A stretch of DNA of 64,000 bases from a virus: positions 1 through 64,000 of IMG/VR virus record IMGVR_UViG_3300017989_005036; one strand, 5' to 3'. Made by a program: the position numbers and the translations under genes. Positions 54,757 to 64,000 of this stretch are shown here, piece after piece; positions within the stretch are counted from its first letter, which is position 1; every line of letters begins with the position of its first letter. The notes beneath the pieces were generated by a model that did no database searches, had not been told where the DNA came from, and worked only from the letters and a program-made list of their open reading frames with translations.

Positions 54757-55641
54757 ATGGGGTTTGAAGTCACATACCACTATCATGAACGTCAGCAAGA
54801 CGGAAAATATAACATGGAGGAAACTAAGGAGTTAAAGAAGCGTATTGGCAAAGCTTTTGAAGAACTCCCGATGGAAAAATTAGCCGCAGTCATTATGGGT
54901 GAGTTGGCTCGTAGAGACATTTGGATTGTCGATGTAGAAGTCGAAGAATTCATCAAGAAAAAACTGAAGTTCAAAGAATCAAGTGATGGTAAAGGAATCA
55001 TCATCAAAGGTAAGAAGTTTTCTTTTGGACAATCTGCTGAATTGATTGCTCAAGATGTTCAGGTAACCGATGCAGATTATGATCCCAGTATGGCACCGGC
55101 ACCACAGCAATCACAACAGATTCAACAGCCGGGAACTGTACCAAAATCACAAAACAAGATTCCTTTGAAGTGGATGATTTTTGATCCACTTCCAGAACTT
55201 CAACATGAAGTACAGGCTAAACAGCTTGCATTTACAACTGGCAAGAAATACCCAGTATTTGATACACAGGATATGCCAATTGGTTCAAAGGACGGTACAC
55301 CTGTTTATGGAGAAGTTCTTTCGACCAGAGACGACAAACATGCTACTGTAGTGGTTTCTGAGAAATACTTTGTACCAGTTCAAAAACTGGTTGGTGATGA
55401 TGAAGTGGAAGGTGGTTTTGGAGCCCAGTCAGCTCAATCAGGAGGACCACGGTTGAGTTATTCTAATGAATTGAAAATTGATGCTCCTCAATCAGTTCAA
55501 GGTGGCGGGGATATGGGAGGGATGCCAAATATTAGATCAAGTGCATCTTTGCCAGAAGCTTATAAAGACATACCAATTGATACAGGAGACATACCAGCCG
55601 AATATGCTGCTATGCCTGATTTAGGAAGGAACGTTCAATGA
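54757..55641 (+). CDS. hypothetical protein
   Basis: 294-aa ORF. Confidence 0.8.
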   Translation: MGFEVTYHYHERQQDGKYNMEETKELKKRIGKAFEELPMEKLAAVIMGELARRDIWIVDVEVEEFIKKKLKFKESSDGKGIIIKGKKFSFGQSAELIAQDVQVTDADYDPSMAPAPQQSQQIQQPGTVPKSQNKIPLKWMIFDPLPELQHEVQAKQLAFTTGKKYPVFDTQDMPIGSKDGTPVYGEVLSTRDDKHATVVVSEKYFVPVQKLVGDDEVEGGFGAQSAQSGGPRLSYSNELKIDAPQSVQGGGDMGGMPNIRSSASLPEAYKDIPIDTGDIPAEYAAMPDLGRNVQ

Positions 55642-56117
55642 ACAGTGAACAACGAAAGCAACAGAAAAAGAAAAAGCGTGAGGAGAAAGTGAAAGCTGCT
55701 CTAAGACGCCGTCGTGAAAAGACACGTCAGGAAGTCAAAGAAGATCGTCAACAGGCATTAGCTGATCGTGAGTTCAGAAAAGAACAAAAACAAATTGAGA
55801 AGTTGGAAATGTTGGCAGATGAGATCTATGAAAAGTTACCAGCAGAAGTTCAGTCTCAAATTGAGCACAATGTAAAGATTCTCAAGGCTCTTGAAGAAGA
55901 GTATGAAAAAGAATTGAGTGAAAAAGAAAAACTTAATCAGGAACTTGAAGAGCAGGGGCATATTACTCCTGAAGACAAAATGAATGCTTTGAGAGAAATG
56001 CATTTGGGTGAAACAGAAGGCACCGCAGATGTGGAGCTTTTAAAGTCAAAAGCGGATGATCCTAAGAAAATTGGCATGGGCGGGAGTGCAGATTGCACGT
56101 TTTCGGTCAATGATTAG
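55638..56117 (+). CDS. charged coiled-coil hypothetical protein
   Basis: ATGA overlap. Confidence 0.75.
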   Translation: MNSEQRKQQKKKKREEKVKAALRRRREKTRQEVKEDRQQALADREFRKEQKQIEKLEMLADEIYEKLPAEVQSQIEHNVKILKALEEEYEKELSEKEKLNQELEEQGHITPEDKMNALREMHLGETEGTADVELLKSKADDPKKIGMGGSADCTFSVND

Positions 56118-56246
56118 TGTTCTAATACAGAATCATAGAATTTTCTACTAAAGTCTATTGACCCTTCTTTCGAAAACAGATATAAGCTCACACATCACAT
56201 CAATGTTGATGAGAGCGATGTTAAATTTGTTTTACGGAGGACTACT

Positions 56247-57245
56247 ATGTCAGAATTTGGAACGTTAGACCTTGAAGGTGTACAGGAAGAAGAAAAGCGT
56301 CTTAAGACAAAGGGCCAAGGTTCATTCTTGGATCAATTTGTCCCGATGCCGGAAATTAAGCCCGGTGAAGTCGGAACAGTTGAAGTAAGAATTTTGCCTC
56401 CCGTCAAAGGTGGAAAGCTTTTCCAGTACAACCGAGTTCACTCAATCAATGGCCGAAAGGTGAATTGCCCACGACCACTGGTTAATGGTAAATGGGACAG
56501 AAACACACCTTGTCCTATCTGTGATTACTACAATTCTCTCTGGCGTCAGATTGACAAGCTGGAAGATGAAGGTGACACAGATGAAGCAGAACGCCTCAGA
56601 AAAGAGGCAAGATCAATCAAGCCTATTGAACGTTATTACTACAACGCCATTGTCAGAAAGATGACTGTTGATGGTGAACAGCAGCTTAACGTTGGACCAA
56701 GAATTCTGTCTGTTGGTAAGACAGTTCACCAGATGATCATCCGAGCGATTGTTTCAGATCGACCGGAAGAAAAGCTGGGCGACATTACCAATATCAAGAG
56801 TGGCTTTGATTTCATTATCAAGAAAGAGCTTCGTAGTGGGTATCCCAATTACGACCGCTCTGTGTTTGCCAGAGAAGCAAGCCCACTGGGCGATCAGGAA
56901 CTTGTTGATCGAATCGTTGAAAACATGCACGATCTGACCAAGTTCAGAAATCTCAAGCCCATTGAAGAGTTGAAGAAGGAATTGGCTATTCATCGTGGGT
57001 TGATTCCTGATGATGCTGATACATTCAATGTCGATGAATTCGATGCTGAATATCAGGGTTCTGACAGCGTCACTAAGACTACTGTCAGCGTGCCGGAAAC
57101 TGTTGTTGAAGCAACTTCTACCGAAACAACCGTTTCGGAAGCACCAGCCCCAACAACAGAAGATGTCGCCACAGAAGACATCTCAGTGGAAAGTGCAGAG
57201 TTTCTCGAAACTCTGACTGAAATGGAGAAAGAACTCGAAGCATAA
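56247..57245 (+). CDS. gp32-like single-stranded DNA-binding protein
   Basis: VRILPP, CP..CPICD, RYYYN, GFDF, YPNYD, acidic tail. Confidence 0.85.
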   Translation: MSEFGTLDLEGVQEEEKRLKTKGQGSFLDQFVPMPEIKPGEVGTVEVRILPPVKGGKLFQYNRVHSINGRKVNCPRPLVNGKWDRNTPCPICDYYNSLWRQIDKLEDEGDTDEAERLRKEARSIKPIERYYYNAIVRKMTVDGEQQLNVGPRILSVGKTVHQMIIRAIVSDRPEEKLGDITNIKSGFDFIIKKELRSGYPNYDRSVFAREASPLGDQELVDRIVENMHDLTKFRNLKPIEELKKELAIHRGLIPDDADTFNVDEFDAEYQGSDSVTKTTVSVPETVVEATSTETTVSEAPAPTTEDVATEDISVESAEFLETLTEMEKELEA

Positions 57246-57274
57246 GCTTTGAGTAAACCTCCTGTTGAAGGTCT

Positions 57275-57308
57275 GAAGAGGGCCGGGTTAGCCCGGTCCT
57301 CTTTTTTC
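57275..57308 (+). terminator. intrinsic terminator
   Basis: AAGAGGGCCGGG-TTAG-CCCGGTCCTCTT plus a T run. Confidence 0.8.
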
Positions 57309-57318
57309 ATTGGTGATC

Positions 57319-58326
57319 ATGAAATTTGAACAAATAAAATCAAAACCAAATTATACCAATCTTGTTAAAAGCGGATTAGCTGCATGTGATATTTGTGGTG
57401 ATTTCACAAGATGGATTGATATAGAGCTAAATAAAGCCGTTTGCAGTGAAGCCTGTTGTGAAGCAGCATGGAGAGAATACCTTTCAGGAAATCAATTTCA
57501 AACCCTTCAACAAAGATTGAGATTTTACCAAACTGAAATCAACGCCGAGAATGATCTCATAGAAAAATACAGAGATCGTGTTTATCGACCTTCTATTGAT
57601 ATAAACATTGTTGTCCATAATGAATTGGACTATCTCAAGCAATGCATTGAATCCATTGAAATGCATACTGAAAATTACCAGCTATACATTTGGGACAATG
57701 GATCTAACGAAGAGACAGAAGATTATCTGAATTCATTATATGCTCGTGTGATACGCTCTGAAGAAAATGTTGGATTCATTACATCCAATAACATTTTGGC
57801 TGCTGAAGGTTCTGGTGACTACATTGTTTTGCTGAATTCAGATACTGAGGTTTCCCCGAATTGGGATGTTGCTCTTTGGTCAAGATTGCATGAATTTTCA
57901 AATGTATCTCAGGTCGGATATTTGGGTGGGTTGCTGGAAGAAAATGGAACAGGTGGTTATACGAATTTTGGAAGTGATATAGATTACGTTTTAGGTTGGG
58001 GCTTTTGTATACCTCGTGGCATTTATCAAACTTATGGTTTGTTTGATTCAGGGTATCAGTTTGCATATTTTGAAGATGCCGATCTTAGTCTAAGATTGAA
58101 AGACACAGGGTCAGAAATTTATGCTTTGTATACACCTTTGGTTCATCATTATGGCAATAAGACTGCAAGCAATGTTGAACTTGACTTAAAGAGTCATATT
58201 ATGTTTAATCATGCACGGTTCAAGGAGATTTGGAAACATTACTTAGACGCACAGCGTGTATCAGCTCCTCGTGGTCCTAAGATTTGGGGATCACCCGGAT
58301 TTTCCAAAAAACCAACTCAAGCTTAA
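57319..58326 (+). CDS. glycosyltransferase family 2 with an N-terminal Zn finger
   Basis: IVVHN, WDNGS, NVGF, LLNSD, YFEDAD. Confidence 0.88.
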   Translation: MKFEQIKSKPNYTNLVKSGLAACDICGDFTRWIDIELNKAVCSEACCEAAWREYLSGNQFQTLQQRLRFYQTEINAENDLIEKYRDRVYRPSIDINIVVHNELDYLKQCIESIEMHTENYQLYIWDNGSNEETEDYLNSLYARVIRSEENVGFITSNNILAAEGSGDYIVLLNSDTEVSPNWDVALWSRLHEFSNVSQVGYLGGLLEENGTGGYTNFGSDIDYVLGWGFCIPRGIYQTYGLFDSGYQFAYFEDADLSLRLKDTGSEIYALYTPLVHHYGNKTASNVELDLKSHIMFNHARFKEIWKHYLDAQRVSAPRGPKIWGSPGFSKKPTQA

Positions 58327-58376
58327 AGACACAGGCATCGAATATAAGGCGTCATAATTATACAGGGAGAAAAAAT

Positions 58377-59594
58377 ATGGCCAAAAAGAAAACGGTTTCA
58401 GAGGAAGATTTGTTTGCGGAAATTGCGTCTAATACAAACGGCGAGGTTCTTGATCACATAAAGTCAGTAGACTATTATGTCGATACAGGGAATCTCGCCT
58501 TTAATTATGTTTGTTCAGGAAAGTTTATTACCGGAGGAGTTCCGGGCACGAAGCTTGTCGAGATTTACGGGCCATCATCTTCAGGGAAATCATTGGTTGC
58601 AAACAATGTTTTGCACGGCTGTCAGGCAATCAATGGGTGGGCAATTATCCTTGACTGTGAAAATGCAACCAACAAAGAGTTTATGCAGAGAGCTTCTCAC
58701 GTGGACCCCAAGAAACTTCTGCGTTACGAGCCACGTACTTTGGAAGAAGCTTTTTTGAAGATTCACAATGTTTGTAGGTGGATTCGAGATTTTGAAGAGA
58801 AGAAGAAAATTGAAAAACGGCCAATTGTTATTGTCTACGACTCTTTGGCATCTTCTCCATGTGCACGTGAGTTGAGAGAAACTGATCTTCCCGAAGATTA
58901 TAAACCTTCAGATTGGAAGAAGGTTGTAGGCCGTCAGGAGCAACCGGGTGAACGTGCTCGTGTAATCAGCAATGAACTTCGCAAGTTGAACGCTGTTGTT
59001 GGTGAATACGAAGCAACAGTATTGTTCATTAATCAGACTCGTGAAAAAATTGGCGTGATGTATGGAAGCCCTGAAACCCGACCGGGCGGTAAGGCTTTGG
59101 AGTTTTACGCAACCTGCATTCTTCGCACACAACAGAAGAAGAAGATCGAAAACAAGCGATTGGAAACTTATGCTGGTGTGAACATGCATTGCAAAAACAC
59201 AAAGAATCGTACATTTAATCCATTTGTAGAAGCTGAAGACATAAAGGTTTACTTCAAGACAGGGATTGATCCTGTCAGCGGTTTACTGAAGTGCCTCATT
59301 CAGGATGAGCGAATTAACATGTATTCAGCAGGCCGATTTGAAGTTCTTCCTGATTATCTTCCTGAAGGCGTTAAAGAATACAAGTTTCAAGCCAAGAAGA
59401 CCGACAACATTATGAAGGTTGATCCGATCTTGGATTGTCCGAAACTGGTGGACGCTGAAACCCGAGAGGAAGTGGAAGCGTATTTGGCTCAATTTTCATC
59501 GGCTATGGTAAATGCGAGCAGCGATGACTTTGAAGAAACCGCTGTCACTTATGATGCTGATGGAAATGTTGTTGATGTCGAAGAAGAAGTTTGA
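58377..59594 (+). CDS. uvsX: RecA/UvsX recombinase
   Basis: DTG, EIYGPSSSGKS, DCE, YDSLA, FINQTREKIGVMYGSPETRPGGKALEFYA. Confidence 0.93.
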   Translation: MAKKKTVSEEDLFAEIASNTNGEVLDHIKSVDYYVDTGNLAFNYVCSGKFITGGVPGTKLVEIYGPSSSGKSLVANNVLHGCQAINGWAIILDCENATNKEFMQRASHVDPKKLLRYEPRTLEEAFLKIHNVCRWIRDFEEKKKIEKRPIVIVYDSLASSPCARELRETDLPEDYKPSDWKKVVGRQEQPGERARVISNELRKLNAVVGEYEATVLFINQTREKIGVMYGSPETRPGGKALEFYATCILRTQQKKKIENKRLETYAGVNMHCKNTKNRTFNPFVEAEDIKVYFKTGIDPVSGLLKCLIQDERINMYSAGRFEVLPDYLPEGVKEYKFQAKKTDNIMKVDPILDCPKLVDAETREEVEAYLAQFSSAMVNASSDDFEETAVTYDADGNVVDVEEEV

Positions 59595-59602
59595 TTTGAC
59601 TT

Positions 59603-59637
59603 AAAACAGGGGAGATTGCTCCCCTGTTTTATTTTTT
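59603..59637. terminator. bidirectional terminator
   Basis: AAAACAGGGGAG-ATTG-CTCCCCTGTTTT between convergent genes. Confidence 0.8.
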
Positions 59638-60096
59638 CAAACAATAAGAGCCTGCACCCTTTTTGACGATAGAGTGCCCATCTTTTGTAAGCTCTTTTCT
59701 AACAACTGCTAAATGATTGCAAAGACAAGCGTCAGTGACAGCAAGTGCTTCTTTGAATCTTTCTTTGAGTTCTTTAAGAGACACTGTTTTTCCGTTGAGA
59801 AATTGATTTTTAATGTATTTTTTGATCTTTGCTGCATCTTTAATGATGTTTGATCGAGTCCGCTTTGGGAGCACACGAGAAATCATTTCATATTCAGGAT
59901 TCTGATTGAAACTTGAATCACAAAAAGCTGGTGCTAATTTTTTCAACGGCAATATTTTTTGCTTTTCTTCAAGCAATCTTACCAAAAGAACTTCTGCTTT
60001 AAATGTTTCTGAAAATTCTTCCAACATAGGAAGATTATCCTCTTCTGTCAGAAACTTTCTTTTATCTTTGGTTTTTACTAATAAGCAGGTTTTCAT
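59629..60096 (-). CDS. hypothetical protein with a C-terminal winged-helix-like region
   Basis: VSLKEL..LCNHL..GHSI..GAGSY. Confidence 0.65.
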   Translation of the reverse strand: MKTCLLVKTKDKRKFLTEEDNLPMLEEFSETFKAEVLLVRLLEEKQKILPLKKLAPAFCDSSFNQNPEYEMISRVLPKRTRSNIIKDAAKIKKYIKNQFLNGKTVSLKELKERFKEALAVTDACLCNHLAVVRKELTKDGHSIVKKGAGSYCLKK

Positions 60097-60232
60097 AATA
60101 TGTTCCTTGGCTAAAATGAGGTTGACAAGTTCTTGTATTTTAACACACAGACAATTCTGTGTACAGGTCTGTATGATATTCAATATTGTTACTCATACAT
60201 ACAGTACTCTTAAACACCACAAGGAGGATTAA

Positions 60233-60535
60233 ATGAGGAACATTTTGATAGCAATTGCATGTGTGGCTGCTTTTGGATTTACGGCATCATCAGCATCTGC
60301 CGATGTGCTTTCTATTGATGTTGGGCCACGTCATCGTCACCACCATCATCACTATTACCGTCACCATGATTATCGACGTGATTATCACCATCATCATTAT
60401 CACAGGTATAATCGACCTTGGTATCGTCGATCTTGGAGACCGGATTGCGATAGACGTGATCGATACCGAAATCGCCATCATCACCATTACTACCATAATC
60501 GCAGACCCGGTTTACGTTTCCATTTTAGCTTCTAA
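60233..60535 (+). CDS. secreted His/Arg/Tyr-rich protein
   Basis: AGGAGG RBS; signal peptide ending ASA; poly-His tracts. Confidence 0.8.
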   Translation: MRNILIAIACVAAFGFTASSASADVLSIDVGPRHRHHHHHYYRHHDYRRDYHHHHYHRYNRPWYRRSWRPDCDRRDRYRNRHHHHYYHNRRPGLRFHFSF

Positions 60536-60568
60536 GAAAATGGATATTTGGTAGAATAGAATTCATAG

Positions 60569-60604
60569 AAGCCCGTGGATGAAAGTCTGTGGGCTTTTGT
60601 TTTT
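60569..60604 (+). terminator. intrinsic terminator
   Basis: AAGCCCGTGGAT-GAAA-GTCTGTGGGCTT plus a T run. Confidence 0.7.
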
Positions 60605-60620
60605 AAATCACTAAATAAGT

Positions 60621-61073
60621 GTGATGAAAATGAACAACAATGTTTTAAGACAACATGTCAGAGAAATGAAAAGTATGGCAAGTATTTTAATGCCACATAC
60701 ATTTCCTTTAGTTGATTTTGAGGAAGAGCACGATACTCTCTTTTTGAAACAGCGTACAATTACTGTAGATGGTTATGAATTAGAAGTAATTCTTAGCAAA
60801 GCTGACTACAAAAAACATCATATGATTACGCTGAATATTAAGTCTGCTCAATCTCCATTTCTTCCATTTAATCTTGTCTGTAAAGTAGCCCAAGCGTTTC
60901 TTGGAAAACGCCATCTGGCATATGCGGAATTTTTGAAAGACAACAAAAAAATCTATTGTTGGACGTTAAAAACCACTTCTCAAGGAAGGGTTGTTCCAAC
61001 AAGTAAAGACTTAGAAACAAGCAGTTACGAGGGTTTTGAATACAATGTCTTAAATCAAAAAAGTGTTGGGTAA
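60621..61073 (+). CDS. hypothetical protein
   Basis: ORF track; TAAATA upstream. Confidence 0.7.
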   Translation: MMKMNNNVLRQHVREMKSMASILMPHTFPLVDFEEEHDTLFLKQRTITVDGYELEVILSKADYKKHHMITLNIKSAQSPFLPFNLVCKVAQAFLGKRHLAYAEFLKDNKKIYCWTLKTTSQGRVVPTSKDLETSSYEGFEYNVLNQKSVG

Positions 61074-61132
61074 TGTCTTGCTTATTCATTGTAAATACGT
61101 TTGGTTATCTTTCACAAAAGGGGAAGCGAACA

Positions 61133-61438
61133 ATGAACGACGTAAAGCTCAGAAAGCTTCAATATTTGCTTATCAACCATCTGCTGGACCACGGTACAGT
61201 AGAGCTTCTATTGCCAGACGGAATGACCGTTGAAATTGGCATTGTGCAAGAAACAGATGGAGGAAATGTAAAATCTGACGATTATTGCTATGTGGTGGCA
61301 TCAAAAGACTGCAAAGCCGCTCTTATCGACTCTTATAATTTGGGGTTGAAATTTGAGAAAGAAGATGACACTATTCTCTACGAAGATGAAATCTTAGATG
61401 ATGACGGAAGAGTCATCAGTCGATTTGATGTAGTCTAA
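61133..61438 (+). CDS. hypothetical protein
   Basis: ORF track with adjusted start. Confidence 0.65.
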   Translation: MNDVKLRKLQYLLINHLLDHGTVELLLPDGMTVEIGIVQETDGGNVKSDDYCYVVASKDCKAALIDSYNLGLKFEKEDDTILYEDEILDDDGRVISRFDVV

Positions 61439-61776
61439 GATTTAGGCAGAAAAAACGTTCCAAAGCTCTCCTCAAGGGAAAGTTCACCATTTAATGTCAT
61501 AGAAAAAGTGTGTGTTCCTATGACCACACCTTCTTCTTTTGGCACTGTGAATTCTGCCCAAACAGAGAATTTGTTGCCTTCGGGACGAAATCTGGTAATC
61601 ATTATCTTGGTGTTTCTTGGAGCGATTTCCTCTTGTGTGATACAGGGGAATTCGTTAGAACGTGCGTGTTCAAGGACAATTCTCATTAATTGGGTTGTAT
61701 CTAATACACTGGCCCAATTGGCTAAGAGAAGTTCTTCAAATTTTTCGTTAATCAGTATTCTTTTCATAGGATGCAC
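61435..61776 (-). CDS. hypothetical protein
   Basis: ORF track. Confidence 0.65.
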   Translation of the reverse strand: MHPMKRILINEKFEELLLANWASVLDTTQLMRIVLEHARSNEFPCITQEEIAPRNTKIMITRFRPEGNKFSVWAEFTVPKEEGVVIGTHTFSMTLNGELSLEESFGTFFLPKS

Positions 61777-61778
61777 TA

Positions 61779-62054
61779 ATGAGTAAGACTGTTATAAAAG
61801 AGTTTCTTAATCGAAGCTCTGATGATGAAATTCGATTTTTGGGCATGAGATTGGTAGAACGTCTGCAAGACGACCTTGCCGAGGTATTCAACTACGTCAG
61901 CAAAGGCAATAGTCGAAATATAGGTTTGGACGATCTTTTTAAGTCCACCACAACAGCAAACGAACTGTATCAATACTGTGATGATCTTCAGCAGGAGATT
62001 GAAAAAGAGGCGAGCAAAAGAAATGTCTCTTTGAGTCGTGGCAAGCCTTCCTGA
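61779..62054 (+). CDS. hypothetical protein
   Basis: ORF track. Confidence 0.6.
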   Translation: MSKTVIKEFLNRSSDDEIRFLGMRLVERLQDDLAEVFNYVSKGNSRNIGLDDLFKSTTTANELYQYCDDLQQEIEKEASKRNVSLSRGKPS

Positions 62055-62105
62055 TCCTACTATTACATGTTGTGGGCAATAACGCCCGGAACAGAGAGGA
62101 TCACA

Positions 62106-62392
62106 TGAATGCACAGGAAGTGTGCGATAAGTACACAAACGGACTTTTCGGCCAAAAATATTTGGGCGGAATCACAGAATTTGTTACTGAGTTCGAAAAT
62201 AAGGTCATAGAACCTATTCAAGCACCGAACTACAAGGACAAAAATGCGGAAACCTACAAAGATAAAGTAGAGAATTTCCGCAACTTTGTTCTGGATGCTG
62301 TTAATCTTTCTTGGATTCGCAATAATGGCCCTTTGGAATGGGATTCTGTTCCTGAAGTCAAAGAGGCTATCGAAAAATACTTAGAAAAATAA
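62106..62392 (+). CDS. hypothetical protein
   Basis: GAGGA RBS before MNAQE. Confidence 0.6.
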
Positions 62393-62425
62393 CAGATAAG
62401 GTGCTTCTGTTGTTAGGAGAGTTTA

Positions 62426-64000
62426 ATGCCAGAAGTCATTAAAGTAAGTGACACTGAAGACCTTGTGCCTACAAAAAAGTACAAGTATGCCACTTGGCCT
62501 TTTGAAAATTTCAATCCAGTTCAAAGTACTGTTTTTCAGCACTTCAAAGGAAATAGCAATATTGCTATTGCGGCTGCCACTTCAGCCGGGAAAACCGTTT
62601 GTTCTGAAATTTACATGGCTTATGAAGTTCGGAAGCGAAAAGGTAAGGCAATCTATGTTGGCCCTCTTAAAGCATTAGCAAAAGAGAAAGAAGAAGATTG
62701 GAAAAGTGATGAACATCATTTCAACGATCTGAATGTTTCTATTTGCACAGGTGATTACAAGTTAACACAAAAGCGAGTCCAAGAATTGGACGACGCTGAT
62801 GTGATTGTGATGACGCCTGAAATGCTGGCAAGCCGTTGTCGAAACCATGAATCTGAGAAAAGTCATTTTCTTCAGAATGTGGGAACAATTGTCTTTGATG
62901 AAAGCCATCTGTTAACTGTTCCCAATCGTGGAGATCACATTGAAGTCGCTTTGATGCAGATGGTTGACATTAACCCAAATGTCAGAATTGTTTTGCTTTC
63001 AGCGACGATGCCCAATGTAGATGAAATTTGCGGTTGGCTATGTGAGTTGACAGGACGAGATACATATTATCTTGAGTCTGATTACAGGCCATGTCCTTTG
63101 AATATCCATTACCAAATTTACTATGATGCTGAAAATTCCTATGATAAAGTTGAAGCTCAAAAAGTAGGAACCGCATTGGGGATCATTGAATATTATCCTG
63201 ATGATAAGTTCTTGGTTTTTGTACACACCAAACGAACCGGCAAAATGATGCTGGAACATTTGAAGCGGCATAAAATTGAAGCTGAGTTTCATAATGCTAA
63301 TCTGGGTTTGGCAGATCGCATGAAACTCGAAAACAAGTTCAAGAATGACCCAAATTTCAAAGTGATTGTTTCCACATCAACTTTGGCATGGGGTCTTAAC
63401 TTACCAGCAAGACGTGTAATTGTCACAGGCGTCCACAGAGGACTTACAGAGGTTGAAAACTACGATATTCGACAAATGGTAGGACGAGCAGGAAGACCTG
63501 CTTACGACCCTCGTGGGGATGCTTATGTTTTGATTCCTGAGAGGACAGCAAAAGAAACTTTACAGAAGCTGAAAAGAGAGCCAAAGATTGAATCACAACT
63601 TCTGAGTTTTGTGGGCACTGTAGATAAACCTCATTACAAAGTTTTGGCTTTCCATTTGGTCGCTGAAATTTATCAAGGAAACATTACCACAAAGAAAGGT
63701 CTTCAGGAATGGTTCAGTAATAGTTTGGCTCACTATCAGGACCATGATTTTGATGATGGTTTAATTGATACAGTGATGGATCAATTGACAAAATGCTACG
63801 CTGTTAAAGTTGAGAATGGGGAATATTCTGCTACAAACATTGGCAAAGTAGCTTCCATTTTTTACTTCAGTCCTTTTGATGTATCTGATCTTAGAAGGAA
63901 TTTCAAACGACTGTTTGAAGAGGGAACAGAAGGAGATGACCACTCTGTTGCAATGGCTCTTGCTAACATCGACACATGGCGATGGGGAATTACCAGTCGT
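62426..64000 (+). CDS. Ski2/Hel308-like SF2 helicase (runs off the window end; absent from the ORF track)
   Basis: FNPVQ, AATSAGKT, PLKALA, DESH, LSATMPN, STSTLAWGLNLPA, QMVGRAGRP. Confidence 0.92.
   Translation, partial: MPEVIKVSDTEDLVPTKKYKYATWPFENFNPVQSTVFQHFKGNSNIAIAAATSAGKTVCSEIYMAYEVRKRKGKAIYVGPLKALAKEKEEDWKSDEHHFNDLNVSICTGDYKLTQKRVQELDDADVIVMTPEMLASRCRNHESEKSHFLQNVGTIVFDESHLLTVPNRGDHIEVALMQMVDINPNVRIVLLSATMPNVDEICGWLCELTGRDTYYLESDYRPCPLNIHYQIYYDAENSYDKVEAQKVGTALGIIEYYPDDKFLVFVHTKRTGKMMLEHLKRHKIEAEFHNANLGLADRMKLENKFKNDPNFKVIVSTSTLAWGLNLPARRVIVTGVHRGLTEVENYDIRQMVGRAGRPAYDPRGDAYVLIPERTAKETLQKLKREPKIESQLLSFVGTVDKPHYKVLAFHLVAEIYQGNITTKKGLQEWFSNSLAHYQDHDFDDGLIDTVMDQLTKCYAVKVENGEYSATNIGKVASIFYFSPFDVSDLRRNFKRLFEEGTEGDDHSVAMALANIDTWRWGITSR

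Noticed and set aside
1-64000. Cellular chromosome origin (tuf, pyrB, pyrE, rnpB, ffs present)
   Set aside because: These genes lack their usual operon context and sit among ORFans and T4-like replication genes. A phage origin is more likely, although no capsid or terminase gene is in this window.

Overview
This window is best read as part of a large (jumbo) dsDNA phage genome. It is densely coding and AT-rich, and carries a T4-like replication and recombination module: family A DNA polymerase, gp41/DnaB helicase, UvsW, UvsX/RecA, UvsY-like protein, gp32-like SSB and a region-2-only sigma factor. A Planctomycetota host is inferred from the EF-Tu switch-I signature AKGGT.RD.KTVTI. Positions 0.3-8.2 kb hold a translation-support locus of 14 tRNA genes (only Tyr, Phe, Leu and Ser specificities), tuf, a small SRP RNA and several unassigned structured RNAs. 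The main finding is a classical 1:2/2:3/3:4 attenuator in front of this locus. Its 24-codon leader has 14 consecutive F/S/L/Y codons that sample nearly every anticodon in the array, suggesting a ribosome-based sensor of tRNA loss that switches on replacement tRNAs. Other highlights are a minimal RNase P RNA, a tRNA with a 59-nt D-loop insertion and an 8-nt anticodon loop, six unrelated small proteins sharing a C-terminal W-x-x-[ED]-G-F tag, an IS200/IS605 element (tnpA, tnpB) inserted precisely into an RNA ligase gene, RNA-repair, NAD and membrane-stress genes, and pyrE/pyrB. All calls come from reading motifs and base-pairing by eye; no database search was run.
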